64,000 bases of DNA from a virus (IMGVR_UViG_3300047322_000607:4620-68619), one strand, 5' to 3'; positions 19,566 through 29,262 are shown, counted from the first letter of the stretch. Numbers and translations are program-made. Notes: generated by a model from the letters alone, not told the origin.

Positions 19566-21221
19566 ATGCCCGCGATCTCTCTTCGCACCTTCGGGCCGGA
19601 CAACAATCCGGCGGGCGCCTCGCCCTTCGTCGGGATCCCGGTCCCGGTCGGCGTGCGCGACGGCGACGTCGTGCTCGTTGGGCTCTCGACCCCGACCGGC
19701 GTCACCATCACCCCGCCAAGCGATGAATGGACCTTGATCGCGGCGACCGACCCGAACGCGCCGATCGCGATCTCGGTCTACTGGGCGACCGCGCTGAATG
19801 TGGGCGCGCATTGGATTTTCGCGCTCTCCTCTTCGGTAGAGGCGGCCGGCGCGTGCCTGGTCTATGGGGGCGTCGACCCTTTCGAGCCGGTCGAGCTCTT
19901 CGCCAGCGCGACCACCCCGACCAGCGCGGCGGACGCGCATGTGATCGCCGGCTATTCGACCAGCTTCCCGGGCGACGAGATCGCGCTATTCATCGGCGCG
20001 CCGAAGGCTGGTGTCTACACCCCCGCGACCGGCTACCTCGCCGCGGTCGCACACTTCCAAACCAACGCGACGATCGAGGCGCATCACAAATCGCAACCCC
20101 AGGCGGCGGCGGTCGCGCCGACGACCGCCACCTTCTCCCCTTCGCCAGCTGCGAACTACGCCGGCGCCTCGATCGTGATCGCGCTGCGGCCCGGGGTCGG
20201 TCTGCTCTCGCTCGAGGAGGTGAAGGATCGGCTCGTCGAGGCCTTCCCGGGCGGCGCGGATCGGGTGTACGACCTCGACCCGGGCGGCGACTACTACCTC
20301 TTTTTCACGGCGATCGCACAGATCCTGAAGATCTACGGCTTCGACCTGGTCGACCTGCTGCGGCTCGAGATCTCGCCGGCGACCTGTCGCTACAAGCTCC
20401 CCCAATGGGAACGGATCTTCGGCCTCGAGACCACGCGCACGGCGATCGGCGGCACCATCCCGCAGCGGCAGGCGCAGGTTGTGGCGGCCTGGCGCGCGGC
20501 GGCCGGGCAGGGCTCGACGATCCCGACCGTGCAGGCGGTAGTCGGTCCGCTCCTCGGCTACGCCGACCCGTCTCTGCTCGAGGTGCTCGAGGTCGACCGG
20601 ACGGCGCTCGACTTGGCGCTGACCTACGAATACGACACGCCGCTATCTATCCTTGGCGGCGGAAACGATGGCGGGACGGTGGTGGTCCGGGATGTCTCGA
20701 CGGTCTCGCCGGCTGGTGTCCGGCTGGTCTTCGACAATCCGATCATCAGTGACACCGGCGATCTTCTGATCCGGCTGACCGCCCCCGACGCATTCCAAGA
20801 TGGGTGGGAGCTCCCCGTCGAGTTCGCAAACAACGTCGATCCGATGATCCTCCGGCGGCGCTCCTTCGCTGGACATCAGATTTACGGAACTTGGATCGTC
20901 TCGATCACCTCTTCGGCCGGCAACTTCTCCGCCGACGACTTCAAGCTCCTGGTCGAAGGCGGAGCTCGGGAAGCCGGTCTCGACGGCTACGGGACCGAGA
21001 TCTTCCACTGGGCGGTTTTCGTCGATCCGGCGCTGGTCAACGCGGTCACCCCGGAGGACGACGCCGGCGCGCTCTTCGCCATTCGGAAGATCCAACAGGC
21101 GCACACCTACGGGACCTTGATCAAGCCGTCGGCGACCGTCGACGGCGGCGGCAACCCGATCAGCAACTTCGCGATCCCCGATGACCCGAACGCGATCCCG
21201 GATCGCTGTATCCCCGCCTAG
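19566..21221 (+). CDS. Baseplate protein (Mu gp48/DUF2313-like) with added beta domains
   Basis: Central EISPATC..LPQWERIFGL. N-terminal beta domain. DLLIRLTAPD..FAG..GTW resembles a P-domain. Confidence 0.7.
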   Translation: MPAISLRTFGPDNNPAGASPFVGIPVPVGVRDGDVVLVGLSTPTGVTITPPSDEWTLIAATDPNAPIAISVYWATALNVGAHWIFALSSSVEAAGACLVYGGVDPFEPVELFASATTPTSAADAHVIAGYSTSFPGDEIALFIGAPKAGVYTPATGYLAAVAHFQTNATIEAHHKSQPQAAAVAPTTATFSPSPAANYAGASIVIALRPGVGLLSLEEVKDRLVEAFPGGADRVYDLDPGGDYYLFFTAIAQILKIYGFDLVDLLRLEISPATCRYKLPQWERIFGLETTRTAIGGTIPQRQAQVVAAWRAAAGQGSTIPTVQAVVGPLLGYADPSLLEVLEVDRTALDLALTYEYDTPLSILGGGNDGGTVVVRDVSTVSPAGVRLVFDNPIISDTGDLLIRLTAPDAFQDGWELPVEFANNVDPMILRRRSFAGHQIYGTWIVSITSSAGNFSADDFKLLVEGGAREAGLDGYGTEIFHWAVFVDPALVNAVTPEDDAGALFAIRKIQQAHTYGTLIKPSATVDGGGNPISNFAIPDDPNAIPDRCIPA

Positions 21222-21239
21222 GCGGAGCAAGGATCCCGC

Positions 21240-21809
21240 ATGCCCGTTTGGCCTTTTGCACGACTGACGACCTACCTCTCCGGGTCGCTCCCGGCGATCA
21301 AGGCGCTGGATCTGAACGATTTCCAGGACTACATCGTCGGTCTTTTTTCGGGAACGAAATCCATCAAATCGCTTTGGGTTGATGGGGTCGGAGATGTTGC
21401 TAGCGCCGTCGCAGCTGGGACGGTGCGCGCGCTCCTTGCAGTTCTCGACACCAACGGGAATGGAACGACCGCCCCGACGACGTCCTTCCCGCTCGGCACC
21501 ATGACCAAAGACATGATCCCGATCGGCTGGGCTCACGTCTCCGTAAGTGGTGGTGTCGCGGCGCTGGTGCGGGGCGTGAACGTGAACGCGATCGCCTATA
21601 TCGGAGGCGGGACGACGAACGTCACCTTCAATCCGACGGTGTCCAACGCGACCGACTGTATTTGCTTGGCGAGTACCGCAACGCAGGATCGAACCATCTA
21701 CGCGACCCCGGCAAACTCTGGCGGGAAACTTCAAGTGCAGGTCGTGACTCGAAGCCTCGCTCCGGCGAGCGTCGATACGACCTTTTTCGTCGCGGCCTGG
21801 GGAAGCTAG
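21240..21809 (+). CDS. Short tail fibre / fibre adaptor
   Basis: IKALDLNDFQDYI anchor-like N-terminus, following the baseplate genes. Confidence 0.6.
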   Translation: MPVWPFARLTTYLSGSLPAIKALDLNDFQDYIVGLFSGTKSIKSLWVDGVGDVASAVAAGTVRALLAVLDTNGNGTTAPTTSFPLGTMTKDMIPIGWAHVSVSGGVAALVRGVNVNAIAYIGGGTTNVTFNPTVSNATDCICLASTATQDRTIYATPANSGGKLQVQVVTRSLAPASVDTTFFVAAWGS

Positions 21810-22171
21810 AAGCGAAATTGATCGGCGCAGGCCGTCGGAGGGCTAGGCCAATGAGTCGAGCCGACACGGTCGACGTTGCACGAGAAGCCGTCAATCGGAG
21901 TGATGCAGTCGTTCGTCGCCGAGGTCACATCACGAATCGACGAGATCGCATCGCAGGAATGGCCGGCGAGGAAGTAGTTCGATAGAAATCGCTCGCAATC
22001 CGTCGGTGCAGCGCCGGGCCTATCGCATACGCACAACCGCATTTCCGCTGCGAGGAAATCTCGACAGATCGAGACGTCGAGATCGTGCGAGCTCGGATCG
22101 GCGGGAACCTCGAGCGCTGGGGTTGAACAGGCCGAAAAGAGCAGGATCAGGAAGGCGAGGGCTGCACGCAT
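21806..22171 (-). CDS. Cys-rich lipoprotein (moron)
   Basis: MRAALAFLILLFSA-C lipobox, 8 further Cys, AGGAG RBS, own promoter box. Confidence 0.75.
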   Translation of the reverse strand: MRAALAFLILLFSACSTPALEVPADPSSHDLDVSICRDFLAAEMRLCVCDRPGAAPTDCERFLSNYFLAGHSCDAISSIRDVTSATNDCITPIDGFSCNVDRVGSTHWPSPPTACADQFRF

Positions 22172-22203
22172 CGTGGGCTCCTGGGGGTTGATGGGGTGCT
22201 TTC

Positions 22204-22236
22204 AACCTACGTCCGAAGGTGCAAGAGCGCAAGTAA
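22204..22236 (-). promoter_or_regulatory. Conserved phage promoter box, copy 2
   Basis: Reverse complement reads TTACTTGCGC-TCTT-GCACC-TTCGGAC-GTAGGTT. Confidence 0.7.
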
Positions 22237-22250
22237 AAAAGAACGGCTCT

Positions 22251-22325
22251 CGGGGCGCCCGCTCCTACTCCTGGGACCGTCGCAAGACGGAGAGAGACCG
22301 GAGCGGGCGCCTCGTTTTTCCCTTT
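22251..22325 (+). terminator. Long hairpin followed by a U-tract
   Basis: 15-bp stem 22251-22265/22300-22314, inner CCGTC-GCAA-GACGG hairpin, then TTTTTCCCTTT. Confidence 0.5.
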
Positions 22326-22347
22326 CCTCGAGAAGGAGCACACCAGC

Positions 22348-22830
22348 ATGGTCACCCATCAGGGACTTGTATTCTTCGGCAGCGGAACCGGCGCCGGGAC
22401 CGGGGTAGTCGAGACCCTTCTCTTGAATACCTATGTCGACGCGGCAGCGGCCCATCACTTTCAGATCGGGAGAGGGAAGGCCGCGGCGCTCGAGGTGCAC
22501 GGCGAATTCGGCCTTCATTCGAACGTGACGAACTACAAGATCAAGCTCCTGTCGAAGTACACCACCGACGCCGACTTCGGCGCGAAGCCGCTCTACACCA
22601 CCGCGCACAACGACAAGGGCGCCGTCGCGGCAACGAGCCCGAACCAGGTTCAAGAGCACGAATACGACAACCCGAACCCGGGCGGCGGCGGCGCGGCGTC
22701 GACCTTCGACGACGTGATCCAGTTCGATTCCGGGATGCTCTCCGACGATCTCTATGTGAGCGTCGAAGCCAACGCCGGCGGCGCGCTGATCGCCGCCGAC
22801 AAGGTCAAGATCGCACTGGTCTGGCGATAG
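22348..22830 (+). CDS. Hypothetical structural protein
   Basis: AAGGAG RBS, beta-rich. Confidence 0.65.
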   Translation: MVTHQGLVFFGSGTGAGTGVVETLLLNTYVDAAAAHHFQIGRGKAAALEVHGEFGLHSNVTNYKIKLLSKYTTDADFGAKPLYTTAHNDKGAVAATSPNQVQEHEYDNPNPGGGGAASTFDDVIQFDSGMLSDDLYVSVEANAGGALIAADKVKIALVWR

Positions 22831-22839
22831 GGGGATCTG

Positions 22840-23823
22840 ATGCGCTATTTCGTTCGAAGCCTCTCCGCGCTGGCGCTGGTGCTCATGTCGTGCACGAGCT
22901 CGCCGGCGCCCGACCTGGTCGACGCTGGTATTCCGCATATCGGGAAGCCGGTGCTCGGCTCCTTCGGGAATTTCCCCCCGACTCCGAACCCATCGAGCGG
23001 GATCAAGCCGCTGATCGCGCTCCCCAATAGCTCGATCTGCGATTCGACCGGTCAATTTTGCTTCACGACCGTCGGAGGGATCGCCGGCTTCACTACCAAC
23101 GGCGGCGCATCGGCCAATCTCTACACCACCGGGACCGGGCAGACCTGGATCACCACCACCGATTTTTCGCCGAACCCATCGCGCGGAACCTCGCTCGGCG
23201 TGACGCAGCCATTCGGCCCGATCCATGGCGATGTTTTTATCAGCGACCGCGGCAATAGTACCGGCGTCTTCTCCGCCTACGATGCCCAGGCGCTGAACAT
23301 CAGCGGCATTGCGATCATTGGTGGGAGCGGCGGCAACGGGTATATCCGGTTTGGCGATGCGAGCGGAACGAATGACTCGTCGATCTTCCGCTCGGGTGTC
23401 GGCGGCCTCTCGGTCGGGACGGGCGACAACACCGGATCCGGGACCTTCACCGCGTCGCAATTCCTCGGCGCCACCGAGAAGTATCTATCGGTCTACGATG
23501 CGGCGCGAAACTCGACTTCGAACAAGATCCAATCTTGGATCGTCACCTACGCCTCGACATTGGCGGACGCGCAGTTCGTGACCTCGGTTGTCGGGGTCGG
23601 CGGCGGTAACTATGTCGTCAAGCTCTGTAGCGACGGGACGACCTGCTCGGGTGCAAACCTGAAGGCGACCCTTACGGTCAGCTGCACCGCAGCGGCGGAT
23701 ACCTCTACATCGCTCACCGTGAATAACGGCGCGATCGCCGCGGCCTCGACTCTCACGCTCACCCCGAGCACGGCCTGCGGTACGACGGCGGAGTCCGGGA
23801 ACTTCGTCTTCCATCTGAAATAG
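22840..23823 (+). CDS. Fibre-like protein with a lipoprotein signal
   Basis: LALVLMS-C lipobox, Gly/Ser/Thr-rich beta body. Confidence 0.65.
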   Translation: MRYFVRSLSALALVLMSCTSSPAPDLVDAGIPHIGKPVLGSFGNFPPTPNPSSGIKPLIALPNSSICDSTGQFCFTTVGGIAGFTTNGGASANLYTTGTGQTWITTTDFSPNPSRGTSLGVTQPFGPIHGDVFISDRGNSTGVFSAYDAQALNISGIAIIGGSGGNGYIRFGDASGTNDSSIFRSGVGGLSVGTGDNTGSGTFTASQFLGATEKYLSVYDAARNSTSNKIQSWIVTYASTLADAQFVTSVVGVGGGNYVVKLCSDGTTCSGANLKATLTVSCTAAADTSTSLTVNNGAIAAASTLTLTPSTACGTTAESGNFVFHLK

Positions 23824-23836
23824 AGAGGGGAACCGC

Positions 23837-25567
23837 ATGCGCTTCGTTCACACCCTCGTCGCCGCGCTGGTGCTCACCGGCACCTCGGCGAGCGCCGACA
23901 TCCCGATCAATGGGACGATGTTCCCGCGGAACAACGGCTATCCGATCGTCCGGGGTCCGGTTCAGATTCTGGCGCTCGACTTCGTCAACTTCCCGGCGGC
24001 GAGCTCGCTCCCGGCCGGGACGCTGCTCGCGGCAAGCGATCAGAATTTCGCGCTCTACATGAGCAACGGATCGGCGTGGGTGGTGCAGGCGGCCGGGACG
24101 GGATCGGCCTTCGTGGTCTCCCTGTTTGGGGCAACGAGCTTCACCAGCACGGCGGAGCTCCGGCTTCAGACCAACATCGCCGGCGGGATCGCGTTTCTTC
24201 GGGTGCAGCCGAACGACGGCTTCAACGGGTCATGGACCTGCGACTTCGGCGAGGCGAGCAACGTCCCGGCGACTCCCCCGGTCCCGGACGCGCAAGTAGG
24301 GTGCGGGTGGAACAAGAGCAGCAATCCCGACTTCAATCCGGCGCGCGGATCCATGTCGTGGAATATGGAGACCCATTGCGCGCTTGGCACCGGGTGCGCG
24401 GACTTCACCAAACAAGCCGAGTGGTACGACGTTTTTGCACCACCGATCCCCGACTCCACTACTCCATGGCAGGCAAATCACGCCTATGTCGGCGGCGACT
24501 TCGTCACCAACGACGGCGGGAAGATCTACGTCGCGAACAACGACGGGACGAGCGGCAACGCCGGCGGCCCGACCGGCGGAACGACCCTCAACCTCCTAGA
24601 CGGGTCGGTTCAATGGACCTACTACGCCGGCTTTCGAACGCGCACCTACAACGGGCGACTGCTCGACGGCTATCTGAGCTCCTCTTACGTCGCGAGCAAC
24701 GTCGGGATCGGGAACGCGCACGACATCAACGGGCCCTTTGAATTTCAGGCGGTCAACGGGGTCGCCTTCATGATGGGATTCGATAACGAGAATTCGATCA
24801 TCGTCCCGAACTTCACCGCCGATCGACAGCCGATCGGGTTTTGGGCCGACGCCAGCTTCATGCACGCGCCGGCGATGGAGCTCTCGAGCGAACGCGGCGG
24901 AGTTGACGGGAATCTAGGGCTAGGGCTCCGCGTCGGGATTCACAGTATCGGCGGCGACGGGACCTTGACCATCGGCACGCCGACCCTTCGCTTCAAAGAC
25001 GTCAACGTCACCAAGATCGTGAGCATCGGCAACACCCCGAACGATCCCGGGGCGTGCTCGGCTCAAGGCCTCATGGTCAACACCCCGACCGACTCGGCCA
25101 CCTATTCGGGTCAGGCGTGGTTTTGCAACAATGGCCCGGTGACCCCGGTCTCCGGCCTCGGCGGCCCGCGCTGGCAATCGCTTGGCGCCTGGGAAGGCTA
25201 CGGCGAAGACCGTTTCAACGCGGTCGGGAACGGGACCTTCGACATGGGGCACCCGATCTGCTCGACCTACGCAACCGCCCCCGGCGGAAGCTTCATGGCG
25301 GCTGAAATTTTCGCCGAGGTCTCCGACATCCTCGACGGGGTCTATACCGCGATCAAGGTAGCGACGACCCTGGTAGGGTCGGCGCTTGGAACATCGACCC
25401 TGGTCTACCGGACGACCACCTACGACAGCGGGAACGGAACGAAATTCACGGTCGGTTTTCGCACCGGTGGCGCTGGCAATCTCTGCTTGATCCCCACGAT
25501 CACCGTTTCGGATGGTCGCACCTACGGCGGGAAGTGGACGATCACCGCGGTAGCGCACACCGACTAA
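23837..25567 (+). CDS. Fibre / receptor-binding-like protein with a signal peptide
   Basis: Signal-like N-terminus ending ..TSASA-D. WQANHAY..GKIYVA..DGSVQWTY carbohydrate-binding-like module. Confidence 0.65.
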   Translation: MRFVHTLVAALVLTGTSASADIPINGTMFPRNNGYPIVRGPVQILALDFVNFPAASSLPAGTLLAASDQNFALYMSNGSAWVVQAAGTGSAFVVSLFGATSFTSTAELRLQTNIAGGIAFLRVQPNDGFNGSWTCDFGEASNVPATPPVPDAQVGCGWNKSSNPDFNPARGSMSWNMETHCALGTGCADFTKQAEWYDVFAPPIPDSTTPWQANHAYVGGDFVTNDGGKIYVANNDGTSGNAGGPTGGTTLNLLDGSVQWTYYAGFRTRTYNGRLLDGYLSSSYVASNVGIGNAHDINGPFEFQAVNGVAFMMGFDNENSIIVPNFTADRQPIGFWADASFMHAPAMELSSERGGVDGNLGLGLRVGIHSIGGDGTLTIGTPTLRFKDVNVTKIVSIGNTPNDPGACSAQGLMVNTPTDSATYSGQAWFCNNGPVTPVSGLGGPRWQSLGAWEGYGEDRFNAVGNGTFDMGHPICSTYATAPGGSFMAAEIFAEVSDILDGVYTAIKVATTLVGSALGTSTLVYRTTTYDSGNGTKFTVGFRTGGAGNLCLIPTITVSDGRTYGGKWTITAVAHTD

Positions 25568-25590
25568 AAGGCCCGGAGGAAGGGGTTTAG

Positions 25591-25962
25591 ATGCCACCCG
25601 AGCTACTCGCCGCGATCCCTCATGGGGCGTGGTTTCTACTGGTGACCGTGCTGTATGTGCTCCTCGAGAAGGAGCGTAAGGCGCGGATCGCCGACATCGA
25701 GATTGAACGGAAGGCGCGACTCGAGTCCGAGGCGAACGCACGGGTAGAGCGCGACCAGCTGCGCGCCGAGCTCGCCGCCGAACGCGCCGCACGCGCCGAG
25801 GAAATGGAAGGGCTGATCGACAAGCTGCTCGCCTACTCGCGCGAAGCGCTGGGGGCGACGAAGGAAAACACGCAAGCGACGAGAGGAGTCGAGGCCGCGG
25901 CTACGAGCCTCGGATCGAAGCTCGATCGGTTGATTGAGCTTCGCCACCAGCAAGGAGGGTAG
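25591..25962 (+). CDS. Holin-like or inner-membrane coiled-coil protein
   Basis: One N-terminal TM segment followed by a coiled coil. Confidence 0.5.
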   Translation: MPPELLAAIPHGAWFLLVTVLYVLLEKERKARIADIEIERKARLESEANARVERDQLRAELAAERAARAEEMEGLIDKLLAYSREALGATKENTQATRGVEAAATSLGSKLDRLIELRHQQGG

Positions 25963-25965
25963 TAG

Positions 25966-26181
25966 ATGGTCGCGAAGTCGAAGCTCGAAGAGCTCGACGC
26001 CAATCTCGAGGCGATTCGCCTCGAACATTCCAAATGCAACGAGTCGACGCGCGCGGCGGGTCAGACACTGCAGGAGCGAAACGACAAGATCGATCGCCAC
26101 CTTGAACGGCTCGAGGCCGGCGAACCCGAGCTCACCCCGCCACCCTTCGACCTCGAGGTGATCCGAAAAAACATCCGGTAA
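25966..26181 (+). CDS. Hypothetical coiled-coil protein
   Basis: GGAGG RBS. Confidence 0.55.
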   Translation: MVAKSKLEELDANLEAIRLEHSKCNESTRAAGQTLQERNDKIDRHLERLEAGEPELTPPPFDLEVIRKNIR

Positions 26182-26225
26182 CACCACAACGGCGGGAACC
26201 CCGCCAAAAACCCCAGGAGCTCACA

Positions 26226-27251
26226 ATGCGATCTTTCCTCGGTTTTGCCGTAGCGCTCGCCCTTTTTCTCCTCTTCGCCGGCGACGCGCTGGCGCAAACG
26301 CTCGATCCGAACGCCGTCTCCGGCCTGGTGACCGCGATCCAGGCGCACCGCTGGCCCGACGTGGTCGCGACCGGCCTGCTCTTCCTGGCCTGGATCGTCC
26401 GGGTCAAGGCGCCGATGCTGCACTTCTTCCAAACGAAGTGGGGCGCGGTCGTGCTCTCGTTGGTGCCGAGCCTCTTTCTCCTGGTGTCGCACACCATCAT
26501 GTCGAGCGGCTTCGCCTGGGCGCCGCTGGTGACCTCGATCGGGGTCTTCCTGGTCGGTCTGCTGGTGACCAGCAACCCGACGGCGATCAAAGCGGGAGTT
26601 CCCGCGCAGATGATCCGCAAGATCTCGGCGTCCGGTATGACCTCCGGCCCCGGCCTGGTGCTCTTCCTGGTGCTCGGCGGCTTGGCGCTCTCGAGCTGCA
26701 CCCCGACCGCCACCTCGGCGTGGAAGAGCATCGGCAACGGGATCAAGGACAAGTGCATCGGGATCGCGCAGGCATCCCAGGCCTTCAATGACGTGATCGA
26801 CCAGGTCGAGCAGCCGGGCGCCACCGCGGCGAGCGTCGCCGAGGCGGTCGCGCTGAAGGATGGAGTCGCCGCGGCGATCTGCGCGGCGGAGCAATTCGTC
26901 GCCAACGCCCCCGGCCTCTTCAGCGATGGTAAGAAGCTCTCGAGCTCGGATCAGCTGGCGCTCGACGTCGCGAAATACATCCTTTCCAAGCGGGAAGGGC
27001 TCGCGCGCAAGGTCTCCATGATGTCGGGACCCTCACCGTCGATCCCCTCGCCGTCGATCCAGGCGCGCACGACCATCTATCAGCGCGTACCGCCCCCGAT
27101 GGTCCCGGCGCCGATCGCGGCGCGCACCATGGCGCGGATGAACGCGCGGCGCCTCGAGCAGCCGGTGAAGATCGGCCCGAAGGCGCCCCCGGTCGACGGG
27201 CAATTCGACCCGGAGCGCATCGGCACCGGCTACGGCCCGGTGAAGCCGTGA
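26226..27251 (+). CDS. Multi-pass membrane protein with an internal lipobox
   Basis: Signal-like start, 3 TM segments, then LVLGGLALSS-C with Cys at 26697. Confidence 0.65.
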   Translation: MRSFLGFAVALALFLLFAGDALAQTLDPNAVSGLVTAIQAHRWPDVVATGLLFLAWIVRVKAPMLHFFQTKWGAVVLSLVPSLFLLVSHTIMSSGFAWAPLVTSIGVFLVGLLVTSNPTAIKAGVPAQMIRKISASGMTSGPGLVLFLVLGGLALSSCTPTATSAWKSIGNGIKDKCIGIAQASQAFNDVIDQVEQPGATAASVAEAVALKDGVAAAICAAEQFVANAPGLFSDGKKLSSSDQLALDVAKYILSKREGLARKVSMMSGPSPSIPSPSIQARTTIYQRVPPPMVPAPIAARTMARMNARRLEQPVKIGPKAPPVDGQFDPERIGTGYGPVKP

Positions 27252-27961
27252 TCGTCGCCTATCAGCGAAGCGAAGCGGCCGGGATCACCGATCAGGACGT
27301 GGTCGACCTGGCGAAGGAGGCGCAAGAATTCGTGACCCGGCGGATCGCGCCGGCGTGGGGCGTCGACGCGCAAGTGATCGCGCTCCCGCTCGGCGCGCCG
27401 CTCGAGCCGCTGGTCTGCGCAATTTCGCTGCTCGACCATGAGACGATCCCCGGGGCGCTCGGCGATCACCGGATCACCGACAACCCGGCGGCGCGACCCT
27501 TCGGGATCGTCGGCGTGAAGGACGCGGCGGGCGTCGCCGGCGGCTGGCGCCGGACCGCGATGCACGAGCTCGAGCTGCTCGTCGATCCGCGGTGCAACCG
27601 GTCGATCCAGATCGGGCGCTACCTCTTCGCGCTCGAGATCTGCGACGCGGTCGAGGACGATTCGGACGAAGGATCGAATTTCGTGCTCGAGTCCTACTTC
27701 ATCCCCGGGAGCGCCGGCCCGTGGGATGCCGACGGTCACCTTCCCGGCCCGATCTCGGAGGACGGCGAGATCGTTCCCCTCACCCCGGGCGGCTACATGT
27801 CCCGGCTCGACCTGCTCGACCTACGCACCGGTTGGATGCAGGTCAACGCGCGCGGTCAGCGGCTCACCCCGAAGGCCCATACCCGCACCGGCCGGCGGCA
27901 TGCGGATCACGCGCGGCGCCTCGAGCTCGCCGCTGGGCGCGGCGAAGACTGGGCGAAGTAG
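27248..27961 (+). CDS. Putative metallopeptidase-like protein
   Basis: GALGDH..MHELELLVDPRCN..EICDAVE..SNFV motif set. Confidence 0.55.
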   Translation: MIVAYQRSEAAGITDQDVVDLAKEAQEFVTRRIAPAWGVDAQVIALPLGAPLEPLVCAISLLDHETIPGALGDHRITDNPAARPFGIVGVKDAAGVAGGWRRTAMHELELLVDPRCNRSIQIGRYLFALEICDAVEDDSDEGSNFVLESYFIPGSAGPWDADGHLPGPISEDGEIVPLTPGGYMSRLDLLDLRTGWMQVNARGQRLTPKAHTRTGRRHADHARRLELAAGRGEDWAK

Positions 27962-28018
27962 CTCCCAGCTCTTCCGCAGCTTCATTGACGTAACCCGACC
28001 GACAAGCGAGGATTGACC

Positions 28019-28435
28019 ATGTCGAACGCGCTCTACGACCTCGGACGTCAGGCCTTCCTCGAGGGCTCGATCGCTTGGCTCACCGACAACATCAAGGCGG
28101 TGCTCGTTCAGACCGGCGGCGGGCACTACGTGGTGAACCTCGCCAGCGATCAGTACCTCTCGGCGATCGCCGGCGGCGACCGGATCGCGACCTCGGCGAA
28201 CCTCGCCAGCAAGACCAGCGCCGGGGGCGTCGCCGATGCTGCCGACGTGGTCTTCGCGGCGGTCGGCGCCGGCGTCGCCGATGGCGCGATCGTGCTCTAC
28301 AAGGACACCGGATCCCCGGCGACCTCGCCGTTGATCGCCTACATCGACACCGCGACCGGTCTCCCCGTCACCCCCGGCGGCGGCGACATTGACATCACCT
28401 GGGACAACGGTTCGAACAAGATCTTCAAGCTCTAG
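28019..28435 (+). CDS. Conserved virion structural protein
   Basis: MSNALYD.GRQAFLEG..DTATGLPVTPGGGDIDITWDNGSNKIFKL, a common phage minor structural family. Confidence 0.75.
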   Translation: MSNALYDLGRQAFLEGSIAWLTDNIKAVLVQTGGGHYVVNLASDQYLSAIAGGDRIATSANLASKTSAGGVADAADVVFAAVGAGVADGAIVLYKDTGSPATSPLIAYIDTATGLPVTPGGGDIDITWDNGSNKIFKL

Positions 28436-28452
28436 GAAGGAGCTGAAAAATC

Positions 28453-29022
28453 ATGGCTACTCAATCGTGGGTCGACATCCTGGTCGGCGGCCCGATCAAC
28501 GCGCCGGTGACCGATGGGCCGACCCTCACCGCGGCCGCGGCGGCGAGCTGTATCCCGACGCCGAACAAGATCACCCTTCCGAATAATTTTTGGTCGATCG
28601 GTAAGGTGATGCGGCTCTTCCTCATGGGCCGCATTTCGTGCGCGGTCACCACCCCCGGGACCGCCCGCTTCGACATCCGCACCGGCGGCGTGACCGTCTT
28701 CGATACGCAGGCGCTGAACCTCAACATCGTCGCGAAGACGAACGTCCCCTTCTGGCTCGAGATCATGCTGACCTGTCGCACGGTCGGCGCCGGCACCGCG
28801 ACGACCCTCTTCGGTCTCGCCAAGTTCACCACCGAGGCGATCGTCGGCGCCCCGGCGAACGGCGCCGGCGGAAACGGCGTGCTCTGCGCGCCGGTCGGCG
28901 CCCCGGCGGTCGGGACCGGCTTCGACAACACCACCGCGAACACGCTCGACGTCTTCTTCACCCAAACGGTCGCGACCGGCTCGCTCACCGTTCACCAGTA
29001 CGTGGTAGAGGCGATCGGTTAA
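28453..29022 (+). CDS. Virion structural protein
   Basis: AAGGAG RBS, beta-rich. Confidence 0.65.
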   Translation: MATQSWVDILVGGPINAPVTDGPTLTAAAAASCIPTPNKITLPNNFWSIGKVMRLFLMGRISCAVTTPGTARFDIRTGGVTVFDTQALNLNIVAKTNVPFWLEIMLTCRTVGAGTATTLFGLAKFTTEAIVGAPANGAGGNGVLCAPVGAPAVGTGFDNTTANTLDVFFTQTVATGSLTVHQYVVEAIG

Positions 29023-29261
29023 TGGCCCCCCCGGAAGGGATGGCCATGTCGGCGCCGGCCCCGGCCCCGGGCGAGCCGACGACCGAGAAGTTCAACGTCG
29101 CGTGCGGCGAATGCCCGAACCACGGGCCCCGCTGCACGGTGCTTGTCTTCTCCTCGACCGGCGGAACCATGTCGCAGGTCGCGCACCTGAACGAAGGCGC
29201 GGTCGATCGCGTTCACTCGATCCTCGGGCAACGCCGGATCGCTCTCGGCGTGAGGGGTTGA
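29022..29261 (+). CDS. Hypothetical protein
   Basis: TAATG coupling, fills the gap between neighbours. Confidence 0.5.
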   Translation: MAPPEGMAMSAPAPAPGEPTTEKFNVACGECPNHGPRCTVLVFSSTGGTMSQVAHLNEGAVDRVHSILGQRRIALGVRG

Positions 29262-29262
29262 C

